In this document: positions 20,248 through 31,100 of the stretch, in pieces
How the letters are laid out: each line of letters opens with the position of its first letter
Numbering within the stretch: position 1 is the first letter of the stretch
From: a virus
Direction: 5' to 3' (one strand)
DNA: 64,000 nt
IMG/VR virus record: IMGVR_UViG_3300021963_006415
Location: 28,632 to 92,631 of that record
The notes under the pieces: model-generated
What the model was told of the DNA's origin: nothing
What the model saw: the letters and a program-made list of their open reading frames with translations, nothing else
Databases searched by the model: none
Made by a program: the position numbers and the translations under genes

Positions 20248-23200
20248 ATCCATCTATCTTTTTTATCTCTATCAATCCATCTACGATATCTCTCATTTGT
20301 TCTAAGTGAGAAATCATCCATATAAAATCGAATTGAGTTTTTAAATATTGCATCATCATAAATAATGATGATAAGTTATTTGCATCCAACGTACCAAATC
20401 CCTCATCAATTACTAAGAAGTTAGGACGGGGCAGGTTACATATGTTAATCAGAGCTACTCTAATAGCCAAACCACTTACAAACTTCTCCATACCACTACA
20501 CATTTCTAATGGCCATTCTTGGTCTTCGTAAACAATTTTTGCGTTAATAGATTTACCATCTATATCCATTACGATACTAAAATCTACAACCTGCGCAAGT
20601 ATATTATTGATTTCATTTTCAATAACAGGCATTGCTTTGGAAATGAGTTCGTATGGTACACCATCTCTCTTTACAGAATCGATATAATAGGTGTATAGGC
20701 GACTCTTTTCTTCCAATTCCTTAACTTCATCCATCTTATCCTTTACATTGTCTATAAACGATTGTATTTGAGTAATAGAGCTATTCAAATCAGATATTTG
20801 TTTGTTAAGCGATTTTACTTCGGATTCTATTTCACCTTTGGTTTTATTTAAACCTTCAATAACAGATTCTATTTGTTTATTACGTTTAATCGTATCTTCA
20901 TTATCGTGATACTTTTGGATATCTGAATTTACTTGCTCCAATTGAGTGTCATACAATTGTTTTTGAGTTTCAAATCCATTTAATTCGGCAATTGTTTTTT
21001 CTTTAATTACAATTGCTTTCTGATATTTAGATTTTAACTCAACCAAATAATCCCATTGTTCTTCTACATCCGCAATATAAGATGCCTGTTGAATTAGTGA
21101 TTGGTGTTTGTTTCCTAATTCAGTTAATTTATCTTCTTGCTCTTCTACTTTAGATTTTGTTTCTAACGCATCTTTTACGAATACGTTATTCATACAAAAC
21201 TTACAGTTTGGGTCATATTCGTGTTGTTCCAAATGTGAAAGTTTTTCTCTATTGGATTCTAAAGATTGTTCTAATAACTGAATTTGATGTTCAGTTTCAT
21301 TTATCTCACTTTTATACTCATCCCATTCCTTCTTAGCATCTTCGATTGGTTTACCATTAATAGTTTTGTGTTCTTCAATCGATTGTGATATTTCGGAAAT
21401 ACTTTGTGTGTATTCATCTAATTTTGCTTTCTTATTTTTTTCTTCTGAAAGAACATGTAGAATATCAAATCCAATTTGATTCTTTTTCTTTTCCAATTTA
21501 TCTAAATCTAAATTTGCATCTACTGGCACCAACTCTTTTGTTAATCCCAATATTCTATTAGATAAATCTTCTACATCATTTGCTTTTGTTTCTAATTCCT
21601 TTTCTTTTGCTCTTAATTCTGATTTCTTTGTTTGCTTTTCTAAACCCTTTTCAGCCAACTCTGTCGTAAAGTCGGTTTTCTTAAAATTTTTGATAAGTAC
21701 TGCTACTTCCTTAATATCCTCACTTGCAGTTTCATACAATTTATCGAATATATCTAACCCCATAAATTGTGCCAATAAATCCTTACGTTCACTTTGTGAT
21801 TTATCAATGAATAGTGCATTGTTACCTTGCAAACTCAATGCAGTTAATACGAAATCTTCGTACTTACCAACGTATTGTTCAATTACTGCGTTTGTATCTC
21901 TTCTCTCCGTTCCGTTTAGAGATGTGATTGTACCACCTTCATCTTTCCAAAATTGTACATCTACTTTAACGTTCTTTCCTTTGTTAATCGTTTTAGCAGT
22001 TCTACTAATATGAAAATCTATTCCATTTACTTGGAAGTGTAAGTTACATTCGAAATCCTTTTTACGATTGTTCATAATGTGAGTAGCCTTAAATGCTCTA
22101 CTACACTTATCAAACAAACAAAAGGAGATTGCATCAAATAGGGATGATTTACCACTAGCGTTTGGTGCGAATAATCCCATTAATCCTCCTACTTTTGCGA
22201 AATCTATTTTATTATTTTCACCATAGGAGAACATATTACTGAATGTAAACTTTATAGGTTTCCAATGTATGTTCCTATGTACTTCTTCTTGCGTTATTCT
22301 GCTATTGATATCTCTATTGATTGCTTCTAAACCATCTAAATCCGCAGTGGTTGTAAATGGCATCATTCTTTGAACATAATCCTTTATCAATGTGTTTTGA
22401 TAGTTGATATCGGATATATCTTCAAAATCTAATTTGTTTAATCTATTACCTGTCTTTTGTTTTGAGAATGAATCAGTTCTGATAATTGTAAAATCATCAA
22501 CACCATATCTCATTTTGATTTCGGTAATTACTTTCTTTGTATCGGCAGTATCAGTATTTGATAAACGAACTCTCAATCGAGGGAACTTTGGCATATCCGT
22601 TACAACTGGTACTACACCATTATCTACATCCAATGTATAATATCCATAATCATTTGGAATATCTATTGCTTCGTATTTTAAAGATGCAACATCCCAAATA
22701 AGGAATCCGTGTCCGTTTAAACTCTCACCAAAGTTTTGTTGTACCAATGAACCGGCGTAAACTACTTTACATCCGCTTGGAGAAATCATAGTTTGTCTTT
22801 TATGAATATCACCTAATAAGGCTAAATCATAACCATCAAACATATCCGTTGTAAAATGTCTACTACTTACTACATACCCCACGTCTGTCATTGAATTATC
22901 AACTGGTCCGTGAAATAATGCAATCTTTTTGTTTCCAAATAGTGTTTCTGCTTTTGGCCAATTATCTTTTTTATCAAAGATACTGAATACAGCAAAATCA
23001 ACCCCACCTAACGAATATACTTGCGTATCTTTAAGATAGTGAAAATTTGGTAGGTTTAAAGCCTCTACGATTGGAGTAAGTACATCCAAACGGTCAGAGT
23101 TGTTCATATTACAATCGTGATTACCTGCAATCAAAATTGTTTCACAATGTTTAGAGCATTCGGTAAATAACCAACTAATCTCTTTCACCAATTCCGGTGA

Positions 23201-23371
23201 CATTTCCAATTTAGCATGTGCAATATCACCTGCTAAATAAATGATTGAATCTTCCGTACCTCTTTTACGGATTTCTTCAAACATCTTTTCAAACACTGCT
23301 CTATACTCTTTGTGCCTTTGTACGTTACGAATATGAATATCCGCAATATGGTAAATTCTTTTTAAACTCAT
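20228..23371 (-). CDS. Fused Mre11/SbcD nuclease-Rad50/SbcC ATPase (T4 gp47-gp46-like)
   Basis: HIADIH, AGD, GNHD, FHG, LGDIH; Walker A APNASGKSS; zinc-hook CKFC; CSGME; LVIDEGFGTLD; ISH. Confidence 0.92.
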   Translation of the reverse strand: MSLKRIYHIADIHIRNVQRHKEYRAVFEKMFEEIRKRGTEDSIIYLAGDIAHAKLEMSPELVKEISWLFTECSKHCETILIAGNHDCNMNNSDRLDVLTPIVEALNLPNFHYLKDTQVYSLGGVDFAVFSIFDKKDNWPKAETLFGNKKIALFHGPVDNSMTDVGYVVSSRHFTTDMFDGYDLALLGDIHKRQTMISPSGCKVVYAGSLVQQNFGESLNGHGFLIWDVASLKYEAIDIPNDYGYYTLDVDNGVVPVVTDMPKFPRLRVRLSNTDTADTKKVITEIKMRYGVDDFTIIRTDSFSKQKTGNRLNKLDFEDISDINYQNTLIKDYVQRMMPFTTTADLDGLEAINRDINSRITQEEVHRNIHWKPIKFTFSNMFSYGENNKIDFAKVGGLMGLFAPNASGKSSLFDAISFCLFDKCSRAFKATHIMNNRKKDFECNLHFQVNGIDFHISRTAKTINKGKNVKVDVQFWKDEGGTITSLNGTERRDTNAVIEQYVGKYEDFVLTALSLQGNNALFIDKSQSERKDLLAQFMGLDIFDKLYETASEDIKEVAVLIKNFKKTDFTTELAEKGLEKQTKKSELRAKEKELETKANDVEDLSNRILGLTKELVPVDANLDLDKLEKKKNQIGFDILHVLSEEKNKKAKLDEYTQSISEISQSIEEHKTINGKPIEDAKKEWDEYKSEINETEHQIQLLEQSLESNREKLSHLEQHEYDPNCKFCMNNVFVKDALETKSKVEEQEDKLTELGNKHQSLIQQASYIADVEEQWDYLVELKSKYQKAIVIKEKTIAELNGFETQKQLYDTQLEQVNSDIQKYHDNEDTIKRNKQIESVIEGLNKTKGEIESEVKSLNKQISDLNSSITQIQSFIDNVKDKMDEVKELEEKSRLYTYYIDSVKRDGVPYELISKAMPVIENEINNILAQVVDFSIVMDIDGKSINAKIVYEDQEWPLEMCSGMEKFVSGLAIRVALINICNLPRPNFLVIDEGFGTLDANNLSSLFMMMQYLKTQFDFIWMISHLEQMRDIVDGLIEIKKIDGFSKIDF

Positions 23372-24309
23372 AATGAATTTATTTTGTTTAATAGTAAATC
23401 TTCTGATGAAAACTCTTTAGTTTTCTTTAGTTCTTCATAAAATTTTTCATAACCCATATCCGATGCATCTTTATCTTTTAGATACATCATCTTTACATTG
23501 ATTCCATTTTTTCTGAAGTAATCAGCTGCTTTAAGTGCTTCGTTGATTGCATCGTTATCTAATGAAATAATGATATTGTTTACCCCACTCATAAAGATTT
23601 TTTCAACCAATTGTTTGGAAGGAAACTTACCTAAAAGTGGAATAGCGTTTCGTTTAATTGTAATAGCATCAAATACACCCTCACAAAGTATAATTGGTTC
23701 ATTCCAATTTACCTGTGATTCAAAACAAATTATATTCTTACTGATTGGCGGGTTTTTATATTTCATCTTCTCATCTTCATAATAAGAACGAGAAACAAAA
23801 TAATTAAGTGAACCATCTGAATTGTATGATGGGATTATCACTCTACGGGCATATAAACCTTCTTTACAATATCCAATATTGTGTTTGATGATATCTTTTA
23901 TACTAATACCTCTTTGGGTAAGATAATGTATAGCATGTTTGTATTCAGGATTAAATCCCTTTGGTTCTTCTGCTAATGAAATAAATTCTTTTGGGAGTTG
24001 AATAAACACCTTTGTTTCAGCATCTTCTTGCTGTGGTGTCCAATTACTATCACCATAGATTTCTCTAATAAGAGATATCGTTTTTCTATCTACATCTAAT
24101 TTACGAAGTAAAGATGTAAGTTTCTTACCACCACTATTACAAGTCCAACAATGCCACTTTTGGGTTTCGGTATTAACTTGTAGTTTTGGTTTGTGATGAT
24201 TACAAAAAGGACAGTAATATGCTATTTCGTTCCCTTTTAGGGATACTCCACTACCCAATACATTAGTAAGGGCAGTAATTACCTTATTTTTATCATTGCT
24301 ACTTAACAC
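23368..24309 (-). CDS. DNA primase (Zn finger + TOPRIM)
   Basis: CPFCNHH...HCWTC, CEGVFDA, LDND, KDASD. Start moved to GTG 24309 because the track's start lies inside a promoter. Confidence 0.88.
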   Translation of the reverse strand: MLSSNDKNKVITALTNVLGSGVSLKGNEIAYYCPFCNHHKPKLQVNTETQKWHCWTCNSGGKKLTSLLRKLDVDRKTISLIREIYGDSNWTPQQEDAETKVFIQLPKEFISLAEEPKGFNPEYKHAIHYLTQRGISIKDIIKHNIGYCKEGLYARRVIIPSYNSDGSLNYFVSRSYYEDEKMKYKNPPISKNIICFESQVNWNEPIILCEGVFDAITIKRNAIPLLGKFPSKQLVEKIFMSGVNNIIISLDNDAINEALKAADYFRKNGINVKMMYLKDKDASDMGYEKFYEELKKTKEFSSEDLLLNKINSL

Positions 24310-24313
24310 AAAC

Positions 24314-24345
24314 CAAATATACAACAAATATTTGAAATTACCAAA
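24314..24345 (-). promoter_or_regulatory. Bacteroidota-type primary sigma promoter (-33 TTTG / -7 TATATTTG)
   Basis: TTTG-N20-TATATTTG upstream of the primase. Confidence 0.75.
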
Positions 24346-24354
24346 TTTTTATGG

Positions 24355-24765
24355 TTATAAGAACCATTCTTCTGGTATTTCTTTATCTGCGTATTTAAAT
24401 CCGTTCTTTTCGCACCAATCTGCGTAGGTGGTTTTGGATTTTTTATTGATTTTATTCTTAGAGTTTGTAAAAACGAATCTGATATCCAATTCTGGATGTT
24501 GTTGTTTAACTAATAGGTGCTTTTTTCTATCTGCTATAACAAATCTACCTTTAGTTTCTATAATAATTCCATTTGGTAACTTAAAATCAGGATTGTAAGT
24601 ATGTTCAGAAGCAGGTATAATATAAGCCACCTTTTCGGATTCATATTTAACCTCAATTCCTTTGCTTGCAATTTGATTGGAAATATTTTCTTCAAGACCG
24701 GATTTAAATCCATACTTTTTAGCAACCCATTTAGAGTTGGACTTTTTTGTAACTTTTTTTGGCAT
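24355..24765 (-). CDS. T7 endonuclease I-like Holliday junction resolvase
   Basis: FKSGLEE, YNPDF, IIETKGRF, DRKKHL, TTYADWC. Confidence 0.9.
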   Translation of the reverse strand: MPKKVTKKSNSKWVAKKYGFKSGLEENISNQIASKGIEVKYESEKVAYIIPASEHTYNPDFKLPNGIIIETKGRFVIADRKKHLLVKQQHPELDIRFVFTNSKNKINKKSKTTYADWCEKNGFKYADKEIPEEWFL

Positions 24766-24772
24766 TAAATTA

Positions 24773-24982
24773 TTATTTCTTTACAGAATCCGAGTATTTT
24801 TTATCGTTAATTTCTCCACCTCTTCCGGTTTTGAATTTTGCAGCAGTTAACACTTGGTCATCTACCTTTTTCAAATCGTTTGTAGTGTATGGAGTTTGTG
24901 CGTTTACTCCAGCTTCAAATGAAATTTTATCAACACCTAAAGATGCTTGAGATGCTTTGTATAATTCTAAAATCTTTGACAT
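24773..24982 (-). CDS. Small hypothetical (possible virion) protein
   Basis: 69-aa ORF preceded by ATATTTATA. Confidence 0.6.
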   Translation of the reverse strand: MSKILELYKASQASLGVDKISFEAGVNAQTPYTTNDLKKVDDQVLTAAKFKTGRGGEINDKKYSDSVKK

Positions 24983-24998
24983 AGTTTCTATTGTTTAA

Positions 24999-25007
24999 TA
25001 TAAATAT
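24999..25007 (-). promoter_or_regulatory. Putative late-promoter motif ATATTTATA
   Basis: Upstream of the 24982 start. Confidence 0.6.
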
Positions 25008-25010
25008 AAG

Positions 25011-26207
25011 TTAAGTATCAAAACGAACAATAAAGTTTACAGGCAATTCAGGGTCTGACTTAATTGGTTGTGGTAATTTAGCTACCGCCACTAAATCACA
25101 ATTATCATCGTATAATCCTATTGTAGTTATAAATGGTGCTAAGAAAGAACCTGTACTATCTACCGAACTACTAGCTTCCCAATGTTCAAATCCAGCTTTT
25201 GCGCTTCCCGTAGTTCCACTAAATCTATAATCTAAAATATCTCCATTTTCTAATATAGATTTTTTACGAATGTATTTTACACCAGGATTTGTTGTTACTT
25301 TTCTAACTATACCATTGGTATCTACATATGTAGAAGTTTCTGCACCAACAACCTCTACTGCTGATGGGTTTTGTGAAACGTTAAATTCATCGGGCTGAAC
25401 TATTAATAAGAATTCGTTTTCATAAATGGTTTCGGTTGATTTATAATCTAAAGTCCAACCACTATTTAATCTATTAGCTGCATCTCTCGTTAGTACTATC
25501 AATCCTTGTGTATAGAATACATTACCTATTTTTATACCCTGTGCTGCATCTGGTAAGAATGGTAAATCATCTGCAATCAATACTCCTGATTGTACATCGT
25601 ATGATATTAATTGTTGAAAATATGTAGTACCATCCCATAAAATTCTTATTTCTTCGTTTTGAATATCAACAAATACAGTTGTTGGGTATGGAGATGAAGC
25701 ACTATATTCATTATTAATATAATCTATAAAATTTATCTGATTTGTTTGATTATCTATTAGTGATAAAATTATACTATCTCTTGGGTCTTGTATATTACCA
25801 TATCCATCATCTACATAAGTGGTAGATGAATCTACTAATGTAACTGAAAACTTTTTTATACCTTCACCAACTGCAATTTGTGGAATACTTATTACTTTTG
25901 CATAATCCTCTATATATCTTTCTTTAGCTAATGTTGCCGTTTCGTAATAATTTTTTTTAGAACCAAATCTTAAAAATGGATTATCTTCATTACCATTATA
26001 AAATTGTCCTTTAAGTTGCCCGTAAACGGATACTCTATTATATTCAGAACCACTTAAATATCCTTCGGATACAGACGCAGTTGTGTTATTTGAATATAAA
26101 ATATTTTCTGCTTCAAAAACTGAAGCATTGGAAGTTGCTCTATCCCACTCTTTATAAGCCTTAAAAGGTCTTATACTAATATCCGATTTTGGTATTCTTT
26201 TTAACAT
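25011..26207 (-). CDS. Virion tail/baseplate protein
   Basis: C-terminal PFITTIGLYDD...LVAVAKLPQP (tail-collar-like), paralogous to 26301..27515. Confidence 0.65.
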   Translation of the reverse strand: MLKRIPKSDISIRPFKAYKEWDRATSNASVFEAENILYSNNTTASVSEGYLSGSEYNRVSVYGQLKGQFYNGNEDNPFLRFGSKKNYYETATLAKERYIEDYAKVISIPQIAVGEGIKKFSVTLVDSSTTYVDDGYGNIQDPRDSIILSLIDNQTNQINFIDYINNEYSASSPYPTTVFVDIQNEEIRILWDGTTYFQQLISYDVQSGVLIADDLPFLPDAAQGIKIGNVFYTQGLIVLTRDAANRLNSGWTLDYKSTETIYENEFLLIVQPDEFNVSQNPSAVEVVGAETSTYVDTNGIVRKVTTNPGVKYIRKKSILENGDILDYRFSGTTGSAKAGFEHWEASSSVDSTGSFLAPFITTIGLYDDNCDLVAVAKLPQPIKSDPELPVNFIVRFDT

Positions 26208-26213
26208 ATCACA

Positions 26214-26222
26214 TATAAATAT
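26214..26222 (-). promoter_or_regulatory. Putative late-promoter motif ATATTTATA
   Basis: 6 nt upstream of ATG 26207. Confidence 0.6.
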
Positions 26223-26232
26223 CTTTCAAACT

Positions 26233-26259
26233 AAAAACCCAACTTTTTTGGAGTTGGGT
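26233..26259 (-). terminator. Rho-independent terminator
   Basis: ACCCAACT-loop-AGTTGGGT followed by a T tract on the minus strand. Confidence 0.7.
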
Positions 26260-26300
26260 CTAGCCTATACATTGATAGTTCGATATAAGTTACTCTCTGA

Positions 26301-27515
26301 TTAAAAGTCCAATTTAACCTTAATTGCAACTTCCTTATCAAATGATTTTTCAATTGGTTTAGATACCTTTGCTACTGCTAATAATTCATTAGCATCATCG
26401 TAAAGACCTACAGTAGTAATGTACACTTTAGGGTCTCTTTCAAAAGTAGGTTGAACAAATTGTCCAGTTGAGCCGGTTACAAATGTTGGGTTGTTTGAGA
26501 AATTGAATTCTCTATTGTTAGCTCTTACGAAATAATGTGAAGTAGAAACGTTTTCAGTTCTACGAGCTTGGAAATCTTCTCCTTTTTTCAATGCACCAAA
26601 TAAATTGTGCATATTAGTTACGTTACTATATGTGTTAGCTGCCGATGCTGAAACAAATGTTGTTCCAACGCCTGCTCTAACAGCTGCTGGGTTTAAGATG
26701 ATAACTCCTGCATCAGGATAGAATAATCCCCATCCTTGTCCGTTTGAAGCGGTTGTTGAATTGATTGTACCTTCGTTGCCTGTACCAATGTTCAATGCAC
26801 CACTTACCATATTAAATACCCTACCGCTTGAACCAACAGTTTCAACTTGGCCAGAATCATCAATTAAAGTTACTAATCCAGCTGAACCTGATAAACTTAT
26901 TTGAATGTTACCTGGGTCTAATTTTTCTTTGTATCTAGCTCTATTGATGTTTAATGCGTAGAAGTGTTCTAAATCATGTCCACCTTCAGTAGACCCATTA
27001 TAAACACTAAAATATGTATCACCACTATCTAACAATAAATTTCTCATTTGAGAATAGATAGCTTTAGTTGCTAAAGTAGAACTATCCGTTTGAGATAATG
27101 TTGGTACACCACCACCACTAATATGTGCGTATGCTATTGAAAACTGCACTTCTGCTGATGCTGATGTGTAGTGTTCGTTGTAAACATCTAAATAGTATTT
27201 ACCACTTACAGAAGAACTTTGCTCTGAAGATGAATAGAAAGCGGTTAAAGAACCAGCATCACCACTCCAAATACCAGAAGTTACAACTTCTGTTCTATTT
27301 GTTACTTTATCAATAGCACCGAATTTTTTGTAAATACCATTTGTTACAGTAGTTACATCGGCACTGATTTGTTCACCTTGTCCTAAGAATTGGTTTACAA
27401 TGTTTACTAATTCGTTTGTATCAACGGGAGTACCTGCGGTGTTAGCTGCACCTGCAAGATATTGTGATAAATTACTTGCTAAAAGGGCTCCTCTATTATC
27501 TCTTATTACTGCCAT
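26301..27515 (-). CDS. Virion tail/baseplate protein
   Basis: C-terminal YITTVGLYDD...LLAVAKVSKP...KVKLDF. Confidence 0.65.
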   Translation of the reverse strand: MAVIRDNRGALLASNLSQYLAGAANTAGTPVDTNELVNIVNQFLGQGEQISADVTTVTNGIYKKFGAIDKVTNRTEVVTSGIWSGDAGSLTAFYSSSEQSSSVSGKYYLDVYNEHYTSASAEVQFSIAYAHISGGGVPTLSQTDSSTLATKAIYSQMRNLLLDSGDTYFSVYNGSTEGGHDLEHFYALNINRARYKEKLDPGNIQISLSGSAGLVTLIDDSGQVETVGSSGRVFNMVSGALNIGTGNEGTINSTTASNGQGWGLFYPDAGVIILNPAAVRAGVGTTFVSASAANTYSNVTNMHNLFGALKKGEDFQARRTENVSTSHYFVRANNREFNFSNNPTFVTGSTGQFVQPTFERDPKVYITTVGLYDDANELLAVAKVSKPIEKSFDKEVAIKVKLDF

Positions 27516-27523
27516 AGTTTATA

Positions 27524-28147
27524 TTATTGAACGTATGTTACTGTTACTGGAATTGTTTGTGAACCACCAGTTTCGTTACCATAAACAGTTATAGTTGTTT
27601 TGATAGTCGAAGTTAATGATGGGTTTGGAATAAATTTGAAAGTTAAACCCTTAGCTACTGCTGCTGTTGCTGATACATCATCACCAATAAAGATAGGTAC
27701 AGTACCTACATCAGCGGTTACACCTTCACCTACAATATCACCAGCGTTTTTATTTGCTAATACGATTGTATATCCTAATCTTCTATTTCCGGCAGGAGAT
27801 GTAGTTGGAGATAATGAAACCTCACCACTTCTTTGATTTACTGCTACATTAGGAACACCAAATTCTACAACTGGGATTCTTGTAGTATTTTTTGGAAGTG
27901 TTACGATTTTATATTTCATCACTTGAGTTTCATCAGGCGATGCTTCTAATACTGGCATATTTTTGATTGCTGCATCATAGTAAGCAGAACCCAATGGATG
28001 TGCTGGCTCATATAATGAATAATCTATCTCATCATCTGCTAAGGCAAATTGGGTAATATTTAAACCCAAACCTGCTGCTAATTTTTCTCTACCTTTTTTA
28101 GTAAGAATTGCATCAACTGTCAATTCATTATTACTTAAATATCCCAT
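27524..28147 (-). CDS. Virion tail/baseplate protein (tail-collar N-terminal-like)
   Basis: ILTKKGREKLA...ITQFALADDE. Confidence 0.65.
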   Translation of the reverse strand: MGYLSNNELTVDAILTKKGREKLAAGLGLNITQFALADDEIDYSLYEPAHPLGSAYYDAAIKNMPVLEASPDETQVMKYKIVTLPKNTTRIPVVEFGVPNVAVNQRSGEVSLSPTTSPAGNRRLGYTIVLANKNAGDIVGEGVTADVGTVPIFIGDDVSATAAVAKGLTFKFIPNPSLTSTIKTTITVYGNETGGSQTIPVTVTYVQ

Positions 28148-28168
28148 AGTTTTTTAATTATCTTTGTT

Positions 28169-28183
28169 TATAAATATAAATAT
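28169..28183 (-). promoter_or_regulatory. Two overlapping ATATTTATA motifs
   Basis: Plus strand tataaatataaatat upstream of 28147. Confidence 0.6.
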
Positions 28184-28195
28184 TTTAAAATTCCG

Positions 28196-31100
28196 TTATT
28201 CCACTTCCAATATTGGTTCACTTGCATCTCTACCCGCTTTATTAACTCTCAACGTATTTGGATTTGTTAAGAATGTTTCAACAGGAGGAGTACCATCCAA
28301 TGTAGTTGCTGCCGTATTTTTTGAACCATTATAAAACGAATTTTGTAATCCTCTAGTTAAATCGGATGTATTTCTATAATGCGTTTTTAAATATCCATTC
28401 AATGGAATTACTTCCATATTTGCATTTGATGATGTAAATTGATGTGAACCACTAAATGGTTGTATATTTAATTTTGTTTCAATATAAGTGTCCGTTCCAA
28501 TTTTGTTATAAAGTCCACTAACTCCTACACTTCCTGTCAAATATACATATTCTCTAGTCTTTGTTTCTTTTATAATTTGAACTCTAACTCTTTCTTTTTT
28601 AAGATTACCATCTTTATCATAGTATGTTCTTATAGCAGAACCACTTTGTGCATAAATACCAAATCCAACATTCTCATAATCACTTTGCCCAACTACAACA
28701 CTACTATTTATTAAATCTATTTCGGTTAATATAGTTGGTTCGTTAAACATAGAACCTATACTAGCCGTATATTGATATGAATTACCTTCTAATATTGAAA
28801 ACTCTTTTGCATCTATTGTAGATATGTGTTGATAAGATTCCCCATCTAATATTGCTGCTGAAGCAGATTGTATAGTTGATGTATATTGGTTATTTTCACC
28901 AATCAATGAATATTCACTTTCGGTATCTAATACAACATCGTATTGAGTATATTCAGCAGAAAGTAATTCATTACCATATTGTATTACGGATTCATAATTG
29001 TTATGCTCACCAACTGGTTTTGAATATTGATGTTTACTTCTTTCTAAAATATGTGGTTCTATTAAAAGACCGGTACTTGCTTTAACTCTTGCAGGTAACA
29101 TCTTCTTAATATCTTCAAACATAGATTTCTCATATAGTTTGATTAAGTTGATGTATGAATAAATATCTCTGCCATCGAATCTTTGGAAATAGTAATGTCT
29201 TAACTTATCCAAATTTCTATAACTATCTTTATATCTATCCGATGGGTCACCAATGTAGTTATCCAAATTAATTCCACCAAACGATTTAGCAATATCAATA
29301 TTCAACTCTTTTGTAGGAGAGAAGAATAAACCAACTCTATTTGAATCGGTTGGAGATTGGTCAAATGCTTTTTTAGTTGCTCTACCTTTTGATGATAAAT
29401 CAGAAACTAATGTTTGCTCCTCAAATCTAACTTTATTAGTTGAATAACGAGATGAGCCCATATCAGGAACTTCTAGCACAACACTTCTATCGATTGCCTC
29501 AAATTGATATGGATAATTTGGCTGTGCATTAAATCCTGCTACACTTGCGGAGAATGAAGCTGATGGATTAATTGAATACAAATCGGTTGAACTACCGCTT
29601 TCATAAGCTGCTCTATCAGAACCTTCAGCAAAGTAAATGTTTGTATCTACGTTTGGTAATGTTTGGAATACTGACAAATCTTTTGGATATTCAAAATCTA
29701 AACGGAAATGTAAATCATCGGTTGAAGATGAAATATGATTACCATTAATCATTTCAGGGAATGAAACGTGCTCATAGAATCTTTCTTTATTTAATGGCGT
29801 AGACCATAAACGGAATTCATCTGTTGTTCCAACAAAGTCATTACCAAATCTTATATTAGAACCATTGTTCCAATTTGAATTGGTTGCTAAAACGCTTATT
29901 GTTTTAGAGTCTTCAAATATAGTTCTATCTTTATCTGCTTGTCTTAAATTTAATTCAAAGTTATGATAGCTAGAACTAACTTCTCTACTAACTTCTACAC
30001 CAAAAAATCTACCATTAAATATTGGTAATAATGATGATGATATTGCGTTTGAGCCCGAATAGTTTAATATTACTCTACCATAATTTTGATTAGTAGAACC
30101 ACTTATATGTACTCCCCAACCACTACCAGAAACAATATTATATTCACCGGCTACGGATGGTTTTACAAAAAATTCTATTGTATCTGGTTTTCTATTTTGA
30201 TTTGTATTAAGCCAATCTATTGATATATAAGAGCCGTTATTCATTTTTAAACCATAAGTTAGATTATCAAATACTAACTTCGATTTACCAACTTCACTAA
30301 CTTCCGGTCCCCCAAATTCTAAAATTGAAAGATTTGATGATGGAATACCATAACAACTTAATAGTGCATATATACCCCTTCTTGTACCTTTATGTTTTAA
30401 TAGGTAAGGTAAGTTATTTACAATTCTTCTCCAAACTTCATATGTTCTTTGTTTAGCAGGATTTTCGTTTTTAATATTACCATCTACATCTATGCCAAAT
30501 GCATATTCCCAAAGTTTAGAATCTGCTGCAAGATTTTTTGCATCCCAATTGAATGATTTAAGAATATCAAATAACAATTTATCTGATACGCCATCTTTTG
30601 CTTTATATCCCAGCCCTCTACTCCTTTCAATTGCTTTAGTGTGGAAGTAAATGTTATCAAAATGTTGACCAACCATTGTAAAGAATAACGTAAATTGGTC
30701 ATTTATTTCATTATTAACAATATATTCAGGTATGTTATTTAAAACATAATTTGGATTTTCAATATCAAAATCTTCTGCTAAAGTTATTATATTATCATAC
30801 CAAGGAGTAACACTTGCAGTATCAGATGAACTCAATCTAATATTGCCATTATAAGGCCATCCCATAGAAGATGATTCGTATAAGAATTTCTCAAATCCAT
30901 CAAAACCAGCTATTAATGTATCTTTTTTAGATTGCTGTCTTTGTCTTTCTTGTATAGCAGATATTGAACCTGTATGTGAGCCGGATAAAGGAGCTGAGCC
31001 TGTTAGGTATGTATTATTAAATGCCGTTTCATATACTTCAATTAATTGAACCTTATAAACAAAATTATCAACTCTTTCTTTAGCTGAACTAAAATGTACA

